A DNA stretch of 63,993 bases, the filler included, from Octopus bimaculoides (taxonomy: Eukaryota), in assembly GCF_001194135.2 (NCBI RefSeq). It is 7 parts of 7 records of this genome, joined end to end, with 100 filler letters (N's around TTAATTAATTAA, not from the genome) between each part and the next. Parts side by side here need not be neighbours in the genome. Positions count along the whole stretch, not along the records: positions 28,747 to 47,333 come from NC_068989.1; positions 47,434 to 50,070 come from NC_068991.1; positions 50,171 to 58,544 come from NC_069006.1; 4 more parts are not named here. One strand, written 5' to 3'. The notes under the pieces are model-generated. The model was not told the origin of the DNA. It did not search any database and saw only the letters and a list, made by a program, of their open reading frames with translations. The translations under genes were made by a program, and so were the position numbers. Positions 36,534-50,513 of this stretch are shown piece by piece (position 1 is the first letter of the stretch; every line of letters begins with the position of its first letter).

Positions 36534-36790
36534 GAAAGACAGATAGGGAGAAAGACAGATAGGGAGAAAGACAGATAGGGAGAAAGACAGATAAATAAGA
36601 GNNNNNNNNNNGGAGGTAGTTAAGTGAAAATGGTAGACAAAGAAAGCGATAGAAAGGTAAGCAGAGAGACATAAAAAAGAGTAGATAGGTAGATAGATAT
36701 GCTGATAGAGGTAGAAAGACAGATAGGGAGAAAGACAGATAGGGAGAAAGACAGATAGGGAGAAAGACAGATAGGGAGAAAAACAGATAA
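36534..36790. repeat. 16-bp minisatellite AGAAAGACAGATAGGG inside a block duplicated across a 10-N gap
   Basis: Direct reading; 36434-36601 recurs from 36612. Confidence 0.85.
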
Positions 36791-36992
36791 ATAAGAGAAA
36801 AGGATTGGAAACATACAAGGAAATGTACGCAAATAGAGAAAAACAGGGAAATAGTCAAGTGAAAATGGTAAAAAGAAAGAGTAATAGGAAGAAGAAACGA
36901 AACATAGATAAGTAGAGAGAGAAAACGTAATTACGTTGTTGACAGACAAGATACTGCGATTTTAGTTCGCGATAAAATTTCTTATAGACATG

Positions 36993-38279
36993 TTGTGTTC
37001 AAAATATATTCTTTATAGGAGGGCAACAAAAATCAGCCCAGCGAGAACGTCAGAACACTTCGGCGTTCTTGAGTTTTGTCAATGACGTACACTCGCAGGC
37101 AACATGATTAATCATCAAGATCAACTGTTATTTTATAGGAGGGTATAGTTGGTTAAATATTCAATACATTACTGGTACTTAGAGAAGTCCACACTTAGAA
37201 AAGTCGATACTTGAGAGATTTAACAATAATAATTTCTAATACAAGAAAATGCACCACGTACAAAGAACATAGAATCTCGTCTTGTTTGTACATAATATGT
37301 TTTTCAACACCTCCTCGAATATACGAATGCATGCATGTATATATTCACTTGTGACTAAACCCATCGTGGTCATTCGATTTATTAGAATTGCAGCTACTTG
37401 ATCTTCAATCCACGCTTGACCTTCTTAAACAGAATAAGATGAAAGAAGGAGAAATTGAATATTGTAGCTCTAGATACACTGTTTAAAAATAATATAGGAT
37501 GGTCGTGGTTGGGAAGCTTTTATTATATATTTCACTTGATCAAACTTAACCCGGGGCTAAACATCATCTACTACTACGACTCGATAATATTGATCTTAGA
37601 CTCTAGCACAGCGTCACACATTTGTTAAGGTATTCGTCAATTGATTCTCTTCCGATACAAATAATTACTATATATTTCAGGTTTACCTCCCATGCCCATC
37701 CCCTTCGAAGGAAATAGAGTGGAAAAAAAGGTATGCTTCTAAAACCTGAAAGACATTTAATCCCATGGTACTGTTTACAGTTTCTGCTGCTCCAGCCTTT
37801 TCAAGAGTTTTAAAAAAAAAACCCATAACGCTGATGCTACGATGGCTCCTCCGTCGGTTTCGACAATGATCACTGAGGCGTTCGATCAAGTGAATTACTT
37901 CCTTCTTAAACCAACCTTTTTAAGTACCTGAGAATTTCACCAACTTATATACCTTTAAAGCAATTCTCGGGCTGAATCAACGTTTCACAATATGCAACAA
38001 GGCTGACCTTTTGGATTACAGTTCGTTTTTGTCTTTCCAGTTTCCTTCACGATATTTGAACCAACCCGAAGCTATGCTAAAATATACTCGTCAGTCACCT
38101 GATTATGGGATCGAAACTGGAAATTCATAATTGTTTACAAAGTGAACTTCTTAACCATTTGTACCGACACTATAAAACTATATTAATACATTTAAATGAG
38201 TTGTTTTTCTGATAATGTATGAGTAAATATGAACGTTTGGGTACTTACGTGCGCCTGTCTATGTGGACTGTGTGTGCGT

Positions 38280-38369
<90 letters not shown>

Positions 38370-39819
38370 CAGGAAATACGTGTCTGTGTGTGTTTCTATA
38401 TGCTTAAGTGGCTAAGTAGATAAATAAGTATCATTCTCAAACATGATTTATTCAATTTCTTCTAATGCGATATTTATCAACTGAACTTTCTTGCCTTCAA
38501 GCCAAAAGTCGAAAGAATTTTTGCCAGAATCTTAGATTTTATTAGACAAGCAATAACCAGAGTAAGAGCAACAGAAGGAAATTCGAAAACAGTAACAACC
38601 ACATCAATAATAGTAAAAACGTCAATGACAGCTCCATAAAAACAATATTCTATTAGACATCCTGTCGTCGGCCATGTTGTTGAATGGAGACATCTGTTCC
38701 GTTTAAGGAAAGAATTTCGTTTTATAAGATAGCACCAGAGCCAACTCTACAGATTCAGCAATATTGATCTGTATATCTTTTGCTCGTTGTAAATCAATTC
38801 AGTTTTCTATTACTTCACAAGGTTATCTTAAATACACTTCACCTTTCGGTCGCAGACATAGACTTGTTTGGTGCTCGGTTGCTTTTATCAGCGCGAACAT
38901 CTCTGTTTATTTGAGTAATAAACAGTTGATAATAAGTTTTAAAGGGATCCGTTTCGATTGAGTTAAATAATGTGTTTGCTATTGATCAAAATGGCAACCA
39001 CTTCCTGTTGTTATTCTGTAGTCATGTATAAACGTATGTCGGCGATATTATTGGGTGAAGAAAGATCTCCGGTATCATACAGATCAAAATAATCGATGCG
39101 ATGCTAAAGAGGAAAAAGAGGACAGAAAATGAGGATAAGTGGTGATATATTAAGGAAGTGAAATCTTAAGAGTTGTGTGAAGAACAAAGATGGAAGAGAA
39201 AATAACAGCAGATTTAAAAGGAGAGGGAAAACGAATGGATGTCTGAAAGGAGGAAGTAAAATGAGGTCGAGATATAAAGAGGGGACAGAGTAAAGCTCAA
39301 TTAGATTCAGAGATCAGTGGTGAAGAAAGGAAAGATTGAGAGCGGCCATGAAAAAAAGACATGGAAAATCGTTAAGAATGTAAGGAAAGTGAAAGATAAA
39401 AGTATACTTACACATTCAGGTTGTCCGGATATTAAGAGAAGTAATCAAATATACCGAAATACCAAGGTGAAAGTGTGGAATCAGAATCAATTAGAAATGG
39501 TTGGTGTCGATGAATAATGAATACAAAAAGGTGGCCAAAGTGGAACAAATTATTTTGTTGTGTTCAAAGCACATTCTTTATAGGAGGGTAACGAAAAATC
39601 AGCCCAGCGAGAACGTCTGAACATTTCGGCTTTCCTGAATATTGTCAATGCCGTGCACTCGCAGGCAACAAGATTAATCATCAAGATCAACTGTTATATT
39701 ATAGGAGAGTATAGTTGGTTAAACACTCAATACATTACTGGTACTTAAAGTCCACACTTAGAAAAGTCGATACTTGAAAGATTTAACAATAATAATTTGT
39801 AATACGACATGAAAATGCA
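36993..39819. repeat. About 260-bp direct repeat pair (36993-37253, 39558-39819)
   Basis: Shared aaaatcagcccagcgagaacgtc, gattaatcatcaagatcaactgtta, aagtccacacttagaaaagtcgatacttga. Confidence 0.92.
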
Positions 39820-39836
39820 TCAAGGGAGCTGTATGC

Positions 39837-39872
<36 letters not shown>

Positions 39873-40351
39873 TTCCAGCTTAGAGCTGCGGCCATGCTGA
39901 TGCACCACCGTGTACAAATAACATAGAATTTTCTTCTCGAAATGTTCATCTTCTGACGAAGGGATCTGTTAGAAATATTTGATCTCACTTATGCTCCGCC
40001 ACAAACGTATTATTTCACTTTGCAAAGATTTTATATCGAAATATCATTTGACGAAAACTGTTGGCACTTGGCGCGGTTTGAATTTTGCGTTGAATGCTTC
40101 TCAAGTCTTCGATATCTTCAATAGAAAGTCAGTATACTAAACACATGGATACCTACGCAAAGAATTCAATATACATAATACAAATTATAACTATTGTATA
40201 ACTGACAAATATTTATAATCCATCAATTCACAATGATGCTGCTAAATACACCAACCGGTTTCATATCATTACTTCATTATTGATCATCTTTTGCTTGTTT
40301 GATGAGTACTTATATTGAGTCCTTTTCCTTCTGTTCCTTACAGTGTGTCTG

Positions 40352-40410
<59 letters not shown>

Positions 40411-40534
40411 ACGTGTATGTGCACAGGTGCTTGTGTATGTGTGCATGTATGCATACGTGTATGTATGTGTATTTATATACTAGCAGAGAGATACCCGGCC
40501 TTGCTTAGGATTAAAATGGCATAGATTTTTATTG

Positions 40535-40705
40535 TTTTACTTGTTTCAGCCATGTGACTGCGGCCATGCTGGGGCACCGCCGCTGGTCGAACAAATCGAC
40601 CACGGGATTTAATCTTTGTAAGCCTAGTACTTCTTCTGTCAGTGTCTTTTGCAGAACCGATAAGTTATGGGAACGTAAACACAGCAACAATGATTGTCAA
40701 GGAAC
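40535..40705 (+). mobile_element. Family D repeat
   Basis: ttttacttgtttcagccatgtgactgcggccatgctggggcaccgcc. Confidence 0.8.
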
Positions 40706-41261
40706 AGGGTTCATGTTATAAGAATAATCTGATTATTCAATAAATGAATATCGATAAAATATGCATAAATACCAGAGTGAAATTGTACAGGAAAAGTTTA
40801 AATGATCGATTAAAAACCCTAGAAGCTGGTATCAGTCTCACAGCATGGCCATAGTCCAATGACTTCAATCAGTAAAAGAACGGACAAATGAACAGAATGG
40901 CGAAAAAGAGATGGTTAAAAAAAAAAGACGCAATGATAGAAATAAGTAAAATGAGAACGAGTTATAACGAAAGAAAACACACCACTAGATTAACTGTAGA
41001 ATCAGCTGCAAAGCTTACAACTATGAATATGTGCTATAAGGAATATATAAATAGGTTCTTATTCAGTTTTATGGCCCTATCTTTTCGTGATGATAACATC
41101 TCTTATTGTATGTATGCTTCACATTATTAAAATTTTCCGTAGAACACATCTCTTAATTACACTTGATACTTAGGTAAACTGAGGAAGCGTAGTATAAGAC
41201 GTCCTGTCCAGTCATATATAAATACAGACAGACAGACAGGCAGACAGACAGACAGACAGAC

Positions 41262-41301
<40 letters not shown>

Positions 41302-41302
41302 G

Positions 41303-41357
<55 letters not shown>

Positions 41358-41886
41358 GGATGGATGGATAGATATACATATGCATATATATATATATAGA
41401 TATATANNNNNNNNNNNNNNNNNNNNNNNNNNNNNNNNNNNNNNNNNNNNNNNNNNNNNNNNNNNNNNNNNNNNNNNNNNNNNNNNNNNNNNNNNNNNNN
41501 NNNNNNNNNNNNNNNNNNNNNNNNNNNNNNNNNNNNNNNNNNNNNNNNNNNNNNNNNNNNNNNNNNNNNNNNNNNNNNNNNNNNNNNNNNNNNNNNNNNN
41601 NNNNNNNNNNNNNNNNNNNNNNNNNNNNNNNNNNNNNNNNNNNNNNNNNNNNNNNNNNNNNNNNNNNNNNNNNNNNNNNNNNNNNNNNNNNNNNNNNNNN
41701 NNNNNNNNNNNNNNNNNNNNNNNNNNNNNNNNNNNNNNNNNNNNNNNNNNNNNNNNNNNNNNNNNNNNNNNNNNNNNNNNNNNNNNNNNNNNNNNNNNNA
41801 TATATGCATGTATGTATACATATAGATGTAGGTATGTACATATATATATGGATATATGCATATATTTATATATTTATGTTATTATA

Positions 41887-41928
<42 letters not shown>

Positions 41929-42366
41929 CACATATGAAATGAGGGCAAAAGAAAAAAACTGGCATAGAATTTTTGTTTTCTTTTGCCTTTATTTATAATT
42001 ATAAATATATACGTATATGTGTGTATAGATATATATGTGTGTGTATATGCATACAAATATATATATATATATATATAAATTTATTCATGGGCAATATCGA
42101 AACAGCTGTAAGGGAACATGTTGAAGTTTTGCTGTTAAATTATATTTCTTCATTTCTCCATTTTCTGGATTTTAATTTGTATATACATATTTATAATTGG
42201 AAGTTCAAATCTAACTAAAGTTATATATTATTTGTTAGATACATTGTTTTATGCCTTTTACCTTGGTTCTCTGGGCTCCGAGTTCAAATTCCGCCGACAT
42301 CGAACTTGCTTATCATCATTTCAAAATAAATAAATTACCAATTCTTTACTGAGTATATTCTCTCTT

Positions 42367-42437
<71 letters not shown>

Positions 42438-43779
42438 AAAATTCGGCTGTAATCAGTTCTGGAGGGGAATGACCTACGACAAGTCTAAAAATCTCTCAAA
42501 ACAAGCTAAACGTCACGAAGACGTACCTACGATTATTTTGTGACCTGAAGACCCAAAGTCATGTGTTATTTGATTTTGCTTTCTGTATCAACTTCTGACG
42601 CACGTTTCTATATCCCTATATCTCATCGGTTTAATGCACGGATAATATTTATATTATTAAAGATTTTAATTTTGTATTAAGTTTTTGAAAGTTCCGTTTT
42701 TGAAAGTGATTCTTTCGTCCACCAAGCTGAACGCTTTCAGTAATCTTATGCTGGTTTTATTTTCTTTTTTAATTCCGAGAAAGTTCACTGAGAATGATAA
42801 AATTTGTTTGGATAAAGATGAAATCTAGATCAAGACAAAATCAGCTTCTATTTTGTATTAGAATGACTCTACTATGTAACCAGTTTCCATCTCCGAACAG
42901 CAGCAAAAGGCAGCTTAGTTAGAAATAGAGATAAACGCCTTCATACTTCGTAATTAGCAATGAAGTCTGACATTTTTCTAATAATTAATCTAGTATTTTT
43001 GTATCATTCACGTGATGTTTTCCTTTTCCTCTGCAAAAAAATGCGGAAATAGTCCACATTTTTCTCTCTTTTTATGAGGTATCTTAGAATAATTCTACTG
43101 CGTAGTAGATACTGCTTTCATCCTTACCAAACAAAACTTCACTCTGAATGAAATTCCCTCGTGAAAAACATTTAAACATTACAATTGTGAAATCACTATC
43201 ATAATTGGTTTGATGCTACGTCACGATAAGCTGTTACTAACGTAGACAGGAAATTTTATCAAATACGTTCTTGAGCCAGTAAAGGAGTCTTTGAGCAGTC
43301 GTCTGATTTTCTAGAACTAGTGCTATCTCTCTGAAGTCACACTTCGATTTAAGAAAAAACACATGAAATGATATTGGCCCAGACATTCTGTATCTGAAAA
43401 AAAAACCCCATAAGATTATCATAACTGAAATTCATTTTAATATAGATCTCTCAATCAATGCTAAGCTGAAGACAAATGATAACCGCTGAGGTACCGCATT
43501 CAAGGGTTTAGATTATTTTAGCGGTCCCGGAATTTCGTTCTGGTACGCGGTTTCATTGATTTCTATTCATCGAATAGCCACGAATATAATTTTTTATAAT
43601 TTGGTACGCATATTCTTACATACACATAGCAAAATACTTTTCAATAAAACCGCCATCAGCCACAATTACCACCTCGATCAGGTGAACTTTATTCATGTTG
43701 GCCATAACGTCCCCAACTACAGCCCTTGGGAATGTTTATTGGTCTCCCTCCCAACAATACCCCAGACGTAATAGTCTAG

Positions 43780-44690
43780 TGGGTGGGATTTAAATCAAAA
43801 GAGCTAAGAAGCCAAACGTTAGATCATCATCAAAACTTTTTCGGTTCTCCACTCATGAGTCGTGCAGGCTGTGTAAGAGAAAACAAAGTTTTTTTGAACA
43901 GATACGACCTCCTCTGAGCAACTTCCTCGATCTAAGGCTTAATAACTATCTCCTTTGTCTCGATGCAGACAGCCGCATTGACTCTAAGACCTTGCGGGCA
44001 AGGTAAGAAGGGATGACATGGCCCTTATCGTTCACGATCCCCTCCCAGACTGTCACAGACGATGGGAACACGGTGTGCATAACAGTTGGAATTTAAGTGG
44101 GGCTGGTTTAGAGCTATCTGCTATTCCGTCTGTCCACTTTATCATCTTGTTCAAAATTCTTCTCATCTGAGAAGAACCAGAGCATGTCGGGCTCCTCGGG
44201 ATGCCTGAGTTTATTCAGCAAGCGCTTCAGCCGAATCATACGTTTCTCCTTTATTTTATCGGACTTGAGCTACCCTCTTCTTATAACATAGGATTCGTGC
44301 CTGATATCTTCGTACACCGCACGTGTAATTGATGATGGCACTCATTGACTTGTCGGGATGATGCTCTGGCCTTGCTTGACAAACTCAACTTCTCTGACAG
44401 TGACTGACCGTTGAGAATGTTTCTTTTCTTTCGACCACGGAAGGTACACTCATGCCAGATGTTAGGAGCTCTTTTCTAATCTTTTTTAAACACGTAGGAT
44501 CAGGCGACATTTACAAGGTTGCAGTCTCAGAATCAATTTGTTTGGCGACAAAGCCATCAAGAACGGCATGCTTTTTCATCGTCTGCCTTAGATTCGAAGC
44601 TTCCATGCTGCGGTTGAAAAAGGAGAGGATATTAAGTTTAAGTTTGAGCCACTTAACGTTCTTAAAAGTTATGTTCTGAAATAGCTGACT
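43780..44690 (-). mobile_element. Decayed Tc1/mariner-superfamily transposase, DD37D (maT)-like
   Basis: RLLNKLRHPEEPDMLWFFSDEKNFEQDDKVDRRN and IPTVMHTVFPSSVTV; many stops. Subfamily from recalled motifs. Confidence 0.8.
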
Positions 44691-44955
44691 TACCTTGGAT
44701 ATAACAATGTATACTCAGATATAGATATAGATATGTATATGTATAGGTATATATTTAATATTCACTATTTCATTTATTCAATAAGACATTCAATACTTCA
44801 TTTCATTTTACTATATATTCCATATTCTATATCCCACATTAATTTTATAAGAATATAAATAAAACATAAAAAACAGAGATGGAATTCTTTTGAATAATAT
44901 ATTCCTCTATACACTATCATACAAACCCCTTTTTTATTGTTTATATATATATATT

Positions 44956-45018
<63 letters not shown>

Positions 45019-45283
45019 AGAGAGAGAAGGAGAGAGAGAGAAAGAGAGAGAGAAAGAGAGATAAATATTACCTTTCCAAGTCAAAGAATGTATACTTACG
45101 TGTATGCAAATATAGTCATACAAATACATACTTACATATATACATATATAAATAAATATCTGTGTACATATGTTTGTTCATGCACATTCATATGTGTGTA
45201 TATTTATGTATAGAAACATATATATGTATAAATATATATATATATCTATCTATCTATCTAGACAGACAGACAGACAGACAGAC

Positions 45284-45327
<44 letters not shown>

Positions 45328-45662
45328 GAGAAGAAAGAGAGAGAGGGGGAGAGAGATATACATACATACATACATGCATACATAAGTATTAGTAAACTTG
45401 CTTTGGTAAAGTATATGTTAGAAACATTGTGTTAAGATGTACAGGAAAATAACTGGTAACAAGTTTTTGAAAGCCGAATCAATGTATTTTGTTTTAACAT
45501 TTGAAGTAATTTTCTGTTTCATAAACAAAAAAGACCATATTTATTAAATGACGACTGGGAAAATAACTGTGTGAAAAGACTGAAAAGTTACAAACATGAA
45601 AATCGATATGAGTCTATAAATCGCTCACTATACACAATCTATTCATAATACACTATCTCAAG

Positions 45663-46075
45663 ATGGTGAGCTGGCTGAATTGTTAGTGCGTCGCACAAAA
45701 TGCTCTAGCAGCATTTGATCCGGTTCTTTATGTTCTGAGTTCAAATTCCACCGAGGTCGACTTTGCTTTTCATCCTTTTGGGGTCGATAAATTAAGTACC
45801 AGTTGCGTACTGGGGTCGATCTAATCGACTGGACCCCTCCCCCAAAATGTCGGGCCTTGTGCCCTGAGTAGAATATCTTAACATGGTGAGCTGGCAGAAT
45901 TGTCAGCGCGTCGCGCAAAATGCTCAGCGGTATTTAATCTGGTTTTTTACGTTCAAATTCTGCTGAGGTCGACTTTACTGTTTACTCTTTCGGGTAGTAG
46001 TTAAGCACTGAGGTAGTTGTAGTTGACTGTCCCCATCTCCTCTAAAATTGCTAACTTTGTGCCATAATTTGAGGC
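45663..46075 (+). mobile_element. Two head-to-tail family A SINEs (45663-45870, 45887-46075)
   Basis: Both start atggtgagctggc(t/a)gaattgt. Confidence 0.85.
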
Positions 46076-46345
46076 TATTATACACTGAAGGGAATAATTC
46101 GTCACCTGGTCTCAGAATCGAACCCACGATCAAGTGACTGTGAGTCGAACACCGCTAACCACTAAGACATGCATGCATACATTCATTCGAAGCTGATGAT
46201 TTATTCCGTTGCTAATCAGAGTTTACCTTCACCTGCATTCTTGTATATGTTCATATATAAAGTCACATATGAACAAGTACACATACATCTGATTACATGT
46301 ATTAATGCGTGTCTATGTGGATATGCGTGCTTGTATGTATGCGTT

Positions 46346-46737
46346 GTGGAGGCGCAATGGCCCAGTGGTTAGAGCATCGGACTCGCGGTCATAGGAGCGC
46401 GGTTTCGATTCCCAGACCGGGCGTTGTGAGTGTTTATTGAGCGAAAACACCTAAAAGCTCCACAAGACTCCGGCAGGGGGTGGTGGCGAACCCTGCTGTA
46501 CTCTTCCACCACAACTTTCTCTCACTCTTACTTCCTGTTTCTGTCGTGCCTGTAATTCAAAGGGTTAGCCTTGTCACGCTGTGTCATGCTGAATATCCCC
46601 GAGAACTACGTCATGGGTACACGTGTCTGTGGAGTGCTCAGCCACTTGCACGTTAATTTCACGAGCAGGCTGTTCCGTTGATTGGATCAACTGGAACCCT
46701 CGACGTCGTAAGCGACGGAGTGCCAACAACAACAACA
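46346..46737 (+). mobile_element. Full-length tRNA-derived SINE family B with (AAC)n tail and 11-bp TSD
   Basis: ATGTATGCGTT at 46335-46345 and 46738-46748; A-box TGGCCCAGTGG, B-box-like GGTTTCGATTC. Confidence 0.93.
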
Positions 46738-47265
46738 ATGTATGCGTTAGTGTGTGTGCGTGTACGTCATGTATGTATACATGCGTGAGCACGTTGTTAC
46801 GTTTTGCTCCCAGTTTCACACCAGTTTAAGCAGAACCATAATCAAGGACACTCCATTCCCATCTCGATGGCCATAACAAGGATTACTGCACTCGCTAAAT
46901 GTGCCCTTCCTGTTCCAATACGAAGTGATGTGGGGGGGGGGGGGAATTTGGTTGCTATTTCTACCATATCTAGTAAATGCAAAGGGTCTGCTACNNNNNN
47001 NNNNTCTGCTACATTGGTTGGCCGTGAGTGAGTGAGTGTTTGGCTTGTTAAACGTAGCTAAACAACACATGTATTACAGGATATAGTAAGGCATTCAGAG
47101 AAACACGCTTGCTATGTTGGATAGAAAACAAAATCTAACATAAATGTTTTAATAGTCATTTGGACGCATTCTGCGTGATAAAGGAAACTATAAAGATTCA
47201 ACTAAATAGACCTGCTCAAGGTCAGACCATTGATACATACATACATACATACATACATACAAACA

Positions 47266-47333
<68 letters not shown>

Positions 47334-47433
47334 NNNNNNNNNNNNNNNNNNNNNNNNNNNNNNNNNNNNNNNNNNNNTTAATTAATTAANNNNNNNNNNN
47401 NNNNNNNNNNNNNNNNNNNNNNNNNNNNNNNNN

Positions 47434-47539
47434 AGAAGAAGAAGAAGAAGAAGAAGAAGAAGAAGAAGAAGAAGAAGAAGAAGAAGAAGAAGAAGAAGAA
47501 GAAGAAGAAGAAGAAGAAGAAGAAGAAGAAGAAGAAGAA
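47434..47539. repeat. (AAG)n microsatellite
   Basis: Direct reading. Confidence 0.97.
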
Positions 47540-48432
47540 AAGTGGGTGTGGTAAGACAGTAGCAGGATGTTGGTGGAACCCTCTTAAATGGTGAAGTGAC
47601 CTAAATGTGACTCATTGTGGATGATAGTAGTGATTGGAATTGTTCTGAATAGATTCTTGTAAGACAATTGTTTTGAATAGGTCCTTTTTAATATTTGTGT
47701 GGGTGTTATTCTAAGGCCCTGATGAAAAACATTACACTGTGAAGCTTCTTGTTATCATACCAAGTGTCCCTCTCCAACCTATTCCAGAACTTGTTGTGGT
47801 ATAGGAGGCATATGCAGTTTTCGTCATCTCTTAGAATGCATTCGAATCTTGTTTTTGCTCCTTTATACAATCTGATTCTATCGTAATTTGTGTGTATCTG
47901 GAACATTGCATTCGGAATATGTATTGCTGGGTGTGTTGTTGTGGTTAGTATAGTGTATTATAACATATATAATGTGTGTGTACACATGCACACATGCACA
48001 CATGCACACACACACACACACACACACACAGTATGTGCAAATACTCAGGGTAGGCAAATACTCAGGGTAAATTATGAACAAAAGATCTTATCACTGTGAG
48101 TTGTAAAAATATTTTAACAAAAAAATATTTACTTCCATATAGCACCATCACCACCATCATCATCATCATTGTCATCACCATCACTATCATTATCATCATT
48201 ATCCCAACCACCTCTACTACTACCACCACCACTACCATCACCACCACCACCACTACCACCATCATCATCGTTGTATCATCATCGTCATCATCATCATCCA
48301 TGAGGGATGGGTTAGTGGGAGACTTTCAGGAAATGTCTTTTACAACTGGATGCCATTACTGATGTCAATTCTTTTAGCTGCCACTTGTTCATTTATTCTA
48401 AAAACTGGGACACACACAGACAATTCACTTAC

Positions 48433-48465
<33 letters not shown>

Positions 48466-48534
48466 AATTTCATGGTTCCAGGTTCAGTCATATGTGTGTG
48501 TGCCTATGTGTGTGTGGGTGTGGGTTTCAGTGAT

Positions 48535-49051
48535 GGGTACGATGTCATCTGTGAATCAGAGATGTGTTAGTAGTTTGCCATTGATGTTCATGCCGCTGTC
48601 CAGTCAATGTCTCTGGTGATCATTTCTAGGCATGCAGTGAAGAGCTTTAGAGAGATGGTATTTCCTTGTTTGATGTCCTTCTCAACTGGAACTCTTATTG
48701 GTGGTGATAAGAAGAATGATACAGAAGATCTGAGAAACTACTATAAGTCTCTTGTGTCACCTTTATAAGCTGTTTACAAAGGTCATTGACATCAGACTAT
48801 AAAACATCTTGATGACCAGTAGCCTCGGGAGCAAGCAGATTTCCTTAAGAACTAATGTACCATGGATCACATATTCACTCTAACACAACTTAGAGAATAA
48901 GCAAAAGAATACAAGCTGCCTCTTTGCATCATTTTTGCTGACTATGGAAAGGCCATTTTAAGCATTGTGTTCAAGATGAACACAAAGCTAAAATCTCTGG
49001 AAGTGTAAGGTTGAGGTGCAATATATCAAACTGCTCAGGGATGCAAACTCT
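48535..49051. mobile_element. RTE-like LINE RT fragment with inverted upstream half
   Basis: Plus 48703-49051: LRNY..ISLLCHLYKLFTKVI..PREQADF..MDHIFTL..EYKLPLCIIFADYGKA. Minus 48700-48535: VEKDIKQGNTISLKLFTACLE..INGKLLTHL*FTDDI. Confidence 0.88.
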
Positions 49052-49149
49052 CTCTCTATATATATATACCACAAAGAAATAGGGATTTCAAATCCAGGCA
49101 GATACCTTCTAGAACTCTGTTGAAATCCAGATTTGGCTAACCACATTGA

Positions 49150-49410
49150 AAGTAGAGGTGCATGGCTTAGTGGTTAAGGTATTGGACTCATGATTGTAAG
49201 ATTGTAGCTTTATTTCTTGGACCAAGAAATACACTGTATTCTTGAGCAAAACACTTCATTTTACATTGCTCCAGTCCAACCAGTTGGCAAAAATAAGTAA
49301 CCCCACGACAGACTGGCATCCAAATCCAGGTAGGGAACATACATGCCATGGAAACCAGGAAACCAGCTCTTATGGGTCAGCATGACTCGAGAAGGTAACC
49401 TAACCTTTAA
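49150..49410 (+). mobile_element. tRNA-headed SINE family E
   Basis: gtgcatggcttagtggttaaggtattggactcatgatt..ttcttgagcaaaacacttcattttacattgctccagtcc. Confidence 0.7.
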
Positions 49411-49828
49411 CCACATCAAATGTTAGCAAACATTTAAAATCGTTTAGAATAAACAATTATAGCTGTATCCCTTTTGATTAGTAAATTCTGTGTTCATTTC
49501 AAAGGATTTCATGTAGAATTCAGAGTGTATTATAAAGATATAAAGAAGAATGGATGATAACTAAGAAATTTTTCTTTGATTCAAGAAACTTCAGTTCACT
49601 TCACGCACCTGTATGTGGAACACATTGAAAATAACAGTATAAGAATGTCAATCTTTGGATCAGAATTTGTACTATAATTGATTTAATATAAATCATTTAG
49701 ATGCACAGAACTATTACATTTAACAATCCCTAGACACATACACACACAGCAGAAACACATTGAAATTTAATATGCAGAAAAATTTTAATCAAATGAATTT
49801 TAAAGACATATAACTCTCCAATCTCTAT

Positions 49829-49876
<48 letters not shown>

Positions 49877-50170
49877 TATATACATATATACATACATATA
49901 TATTTCTTTGTACGTCTCTTCACCTCTCTTCATACTTCTCTCCACTCCCACTTCTCTTCACCCCTACTCTTTCTCTCCTCTCTCTTACTCTCTCTCACTC
50001 TCTTCTCTCGTACTCCCCCCTCTCTCACTCTTACTCTCTACACTCTTACTCTCCTACTCTCTACACTCTTNNNNNNNNNNNNNNNNNNNNNNNNNNNNNN
50101 NNNNNNNNNNNNNNTTAATTAATTAANNNNNNNNNNNNNNNNNNNNNNNNNNNNNNNNNNNNNNNNNNNN

Positions 50171-50478
50171 ATAATAGTAATAGTAGTAGTAGTAATAGTA
50201 GTGGTGGTGGTGGTTGTGGTGGTGGTGGTGTGCTGCAGGACAGTAATCTTGATTTACACATTCAATTATGCGGCGGGAGGAAGGAAAGGAGGGGGAGGGA
50301 GTGAAAGAGAGGAAGGGTGGGAGGGAGGATGACACGGAAGGAGGTGACGGGTGTGGTGGTGGTGGTGGGTTTATGTTTGTTTTTGGAGGGGGTGATAGGA
50401 GGAAAAAAGATACAGCCGGGTCCCTCCCTCTTCCAATCATCCGTCATCTTATTCTTTTCTCCGCTGCCGCCGCCGCAG

Positions 50479-50513
<35 letters not shown>

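Noticed and set aside
36434-36800. About 170-bp tandem duplication
   Set aside because: The copies meet at a 10-N gap; probably two haplotypes or overlapping contigs.
37681-37929. Plus-strand exon pair (37681-37730 and 37781 onward)
   Set aside because: Needs a 50-nt intron and the peptide is unrecognisable.
46346-46420. Functional tRNA-Arg gene
   Set aside because: The tRNA-like head continues into a 390-bp body with tail and TSD and occurs three times; it is a SINE.
47540-47906. Minus-strand ORF remnant considered as a transposon nuclease
   Set aside because: No diagnostic motif.
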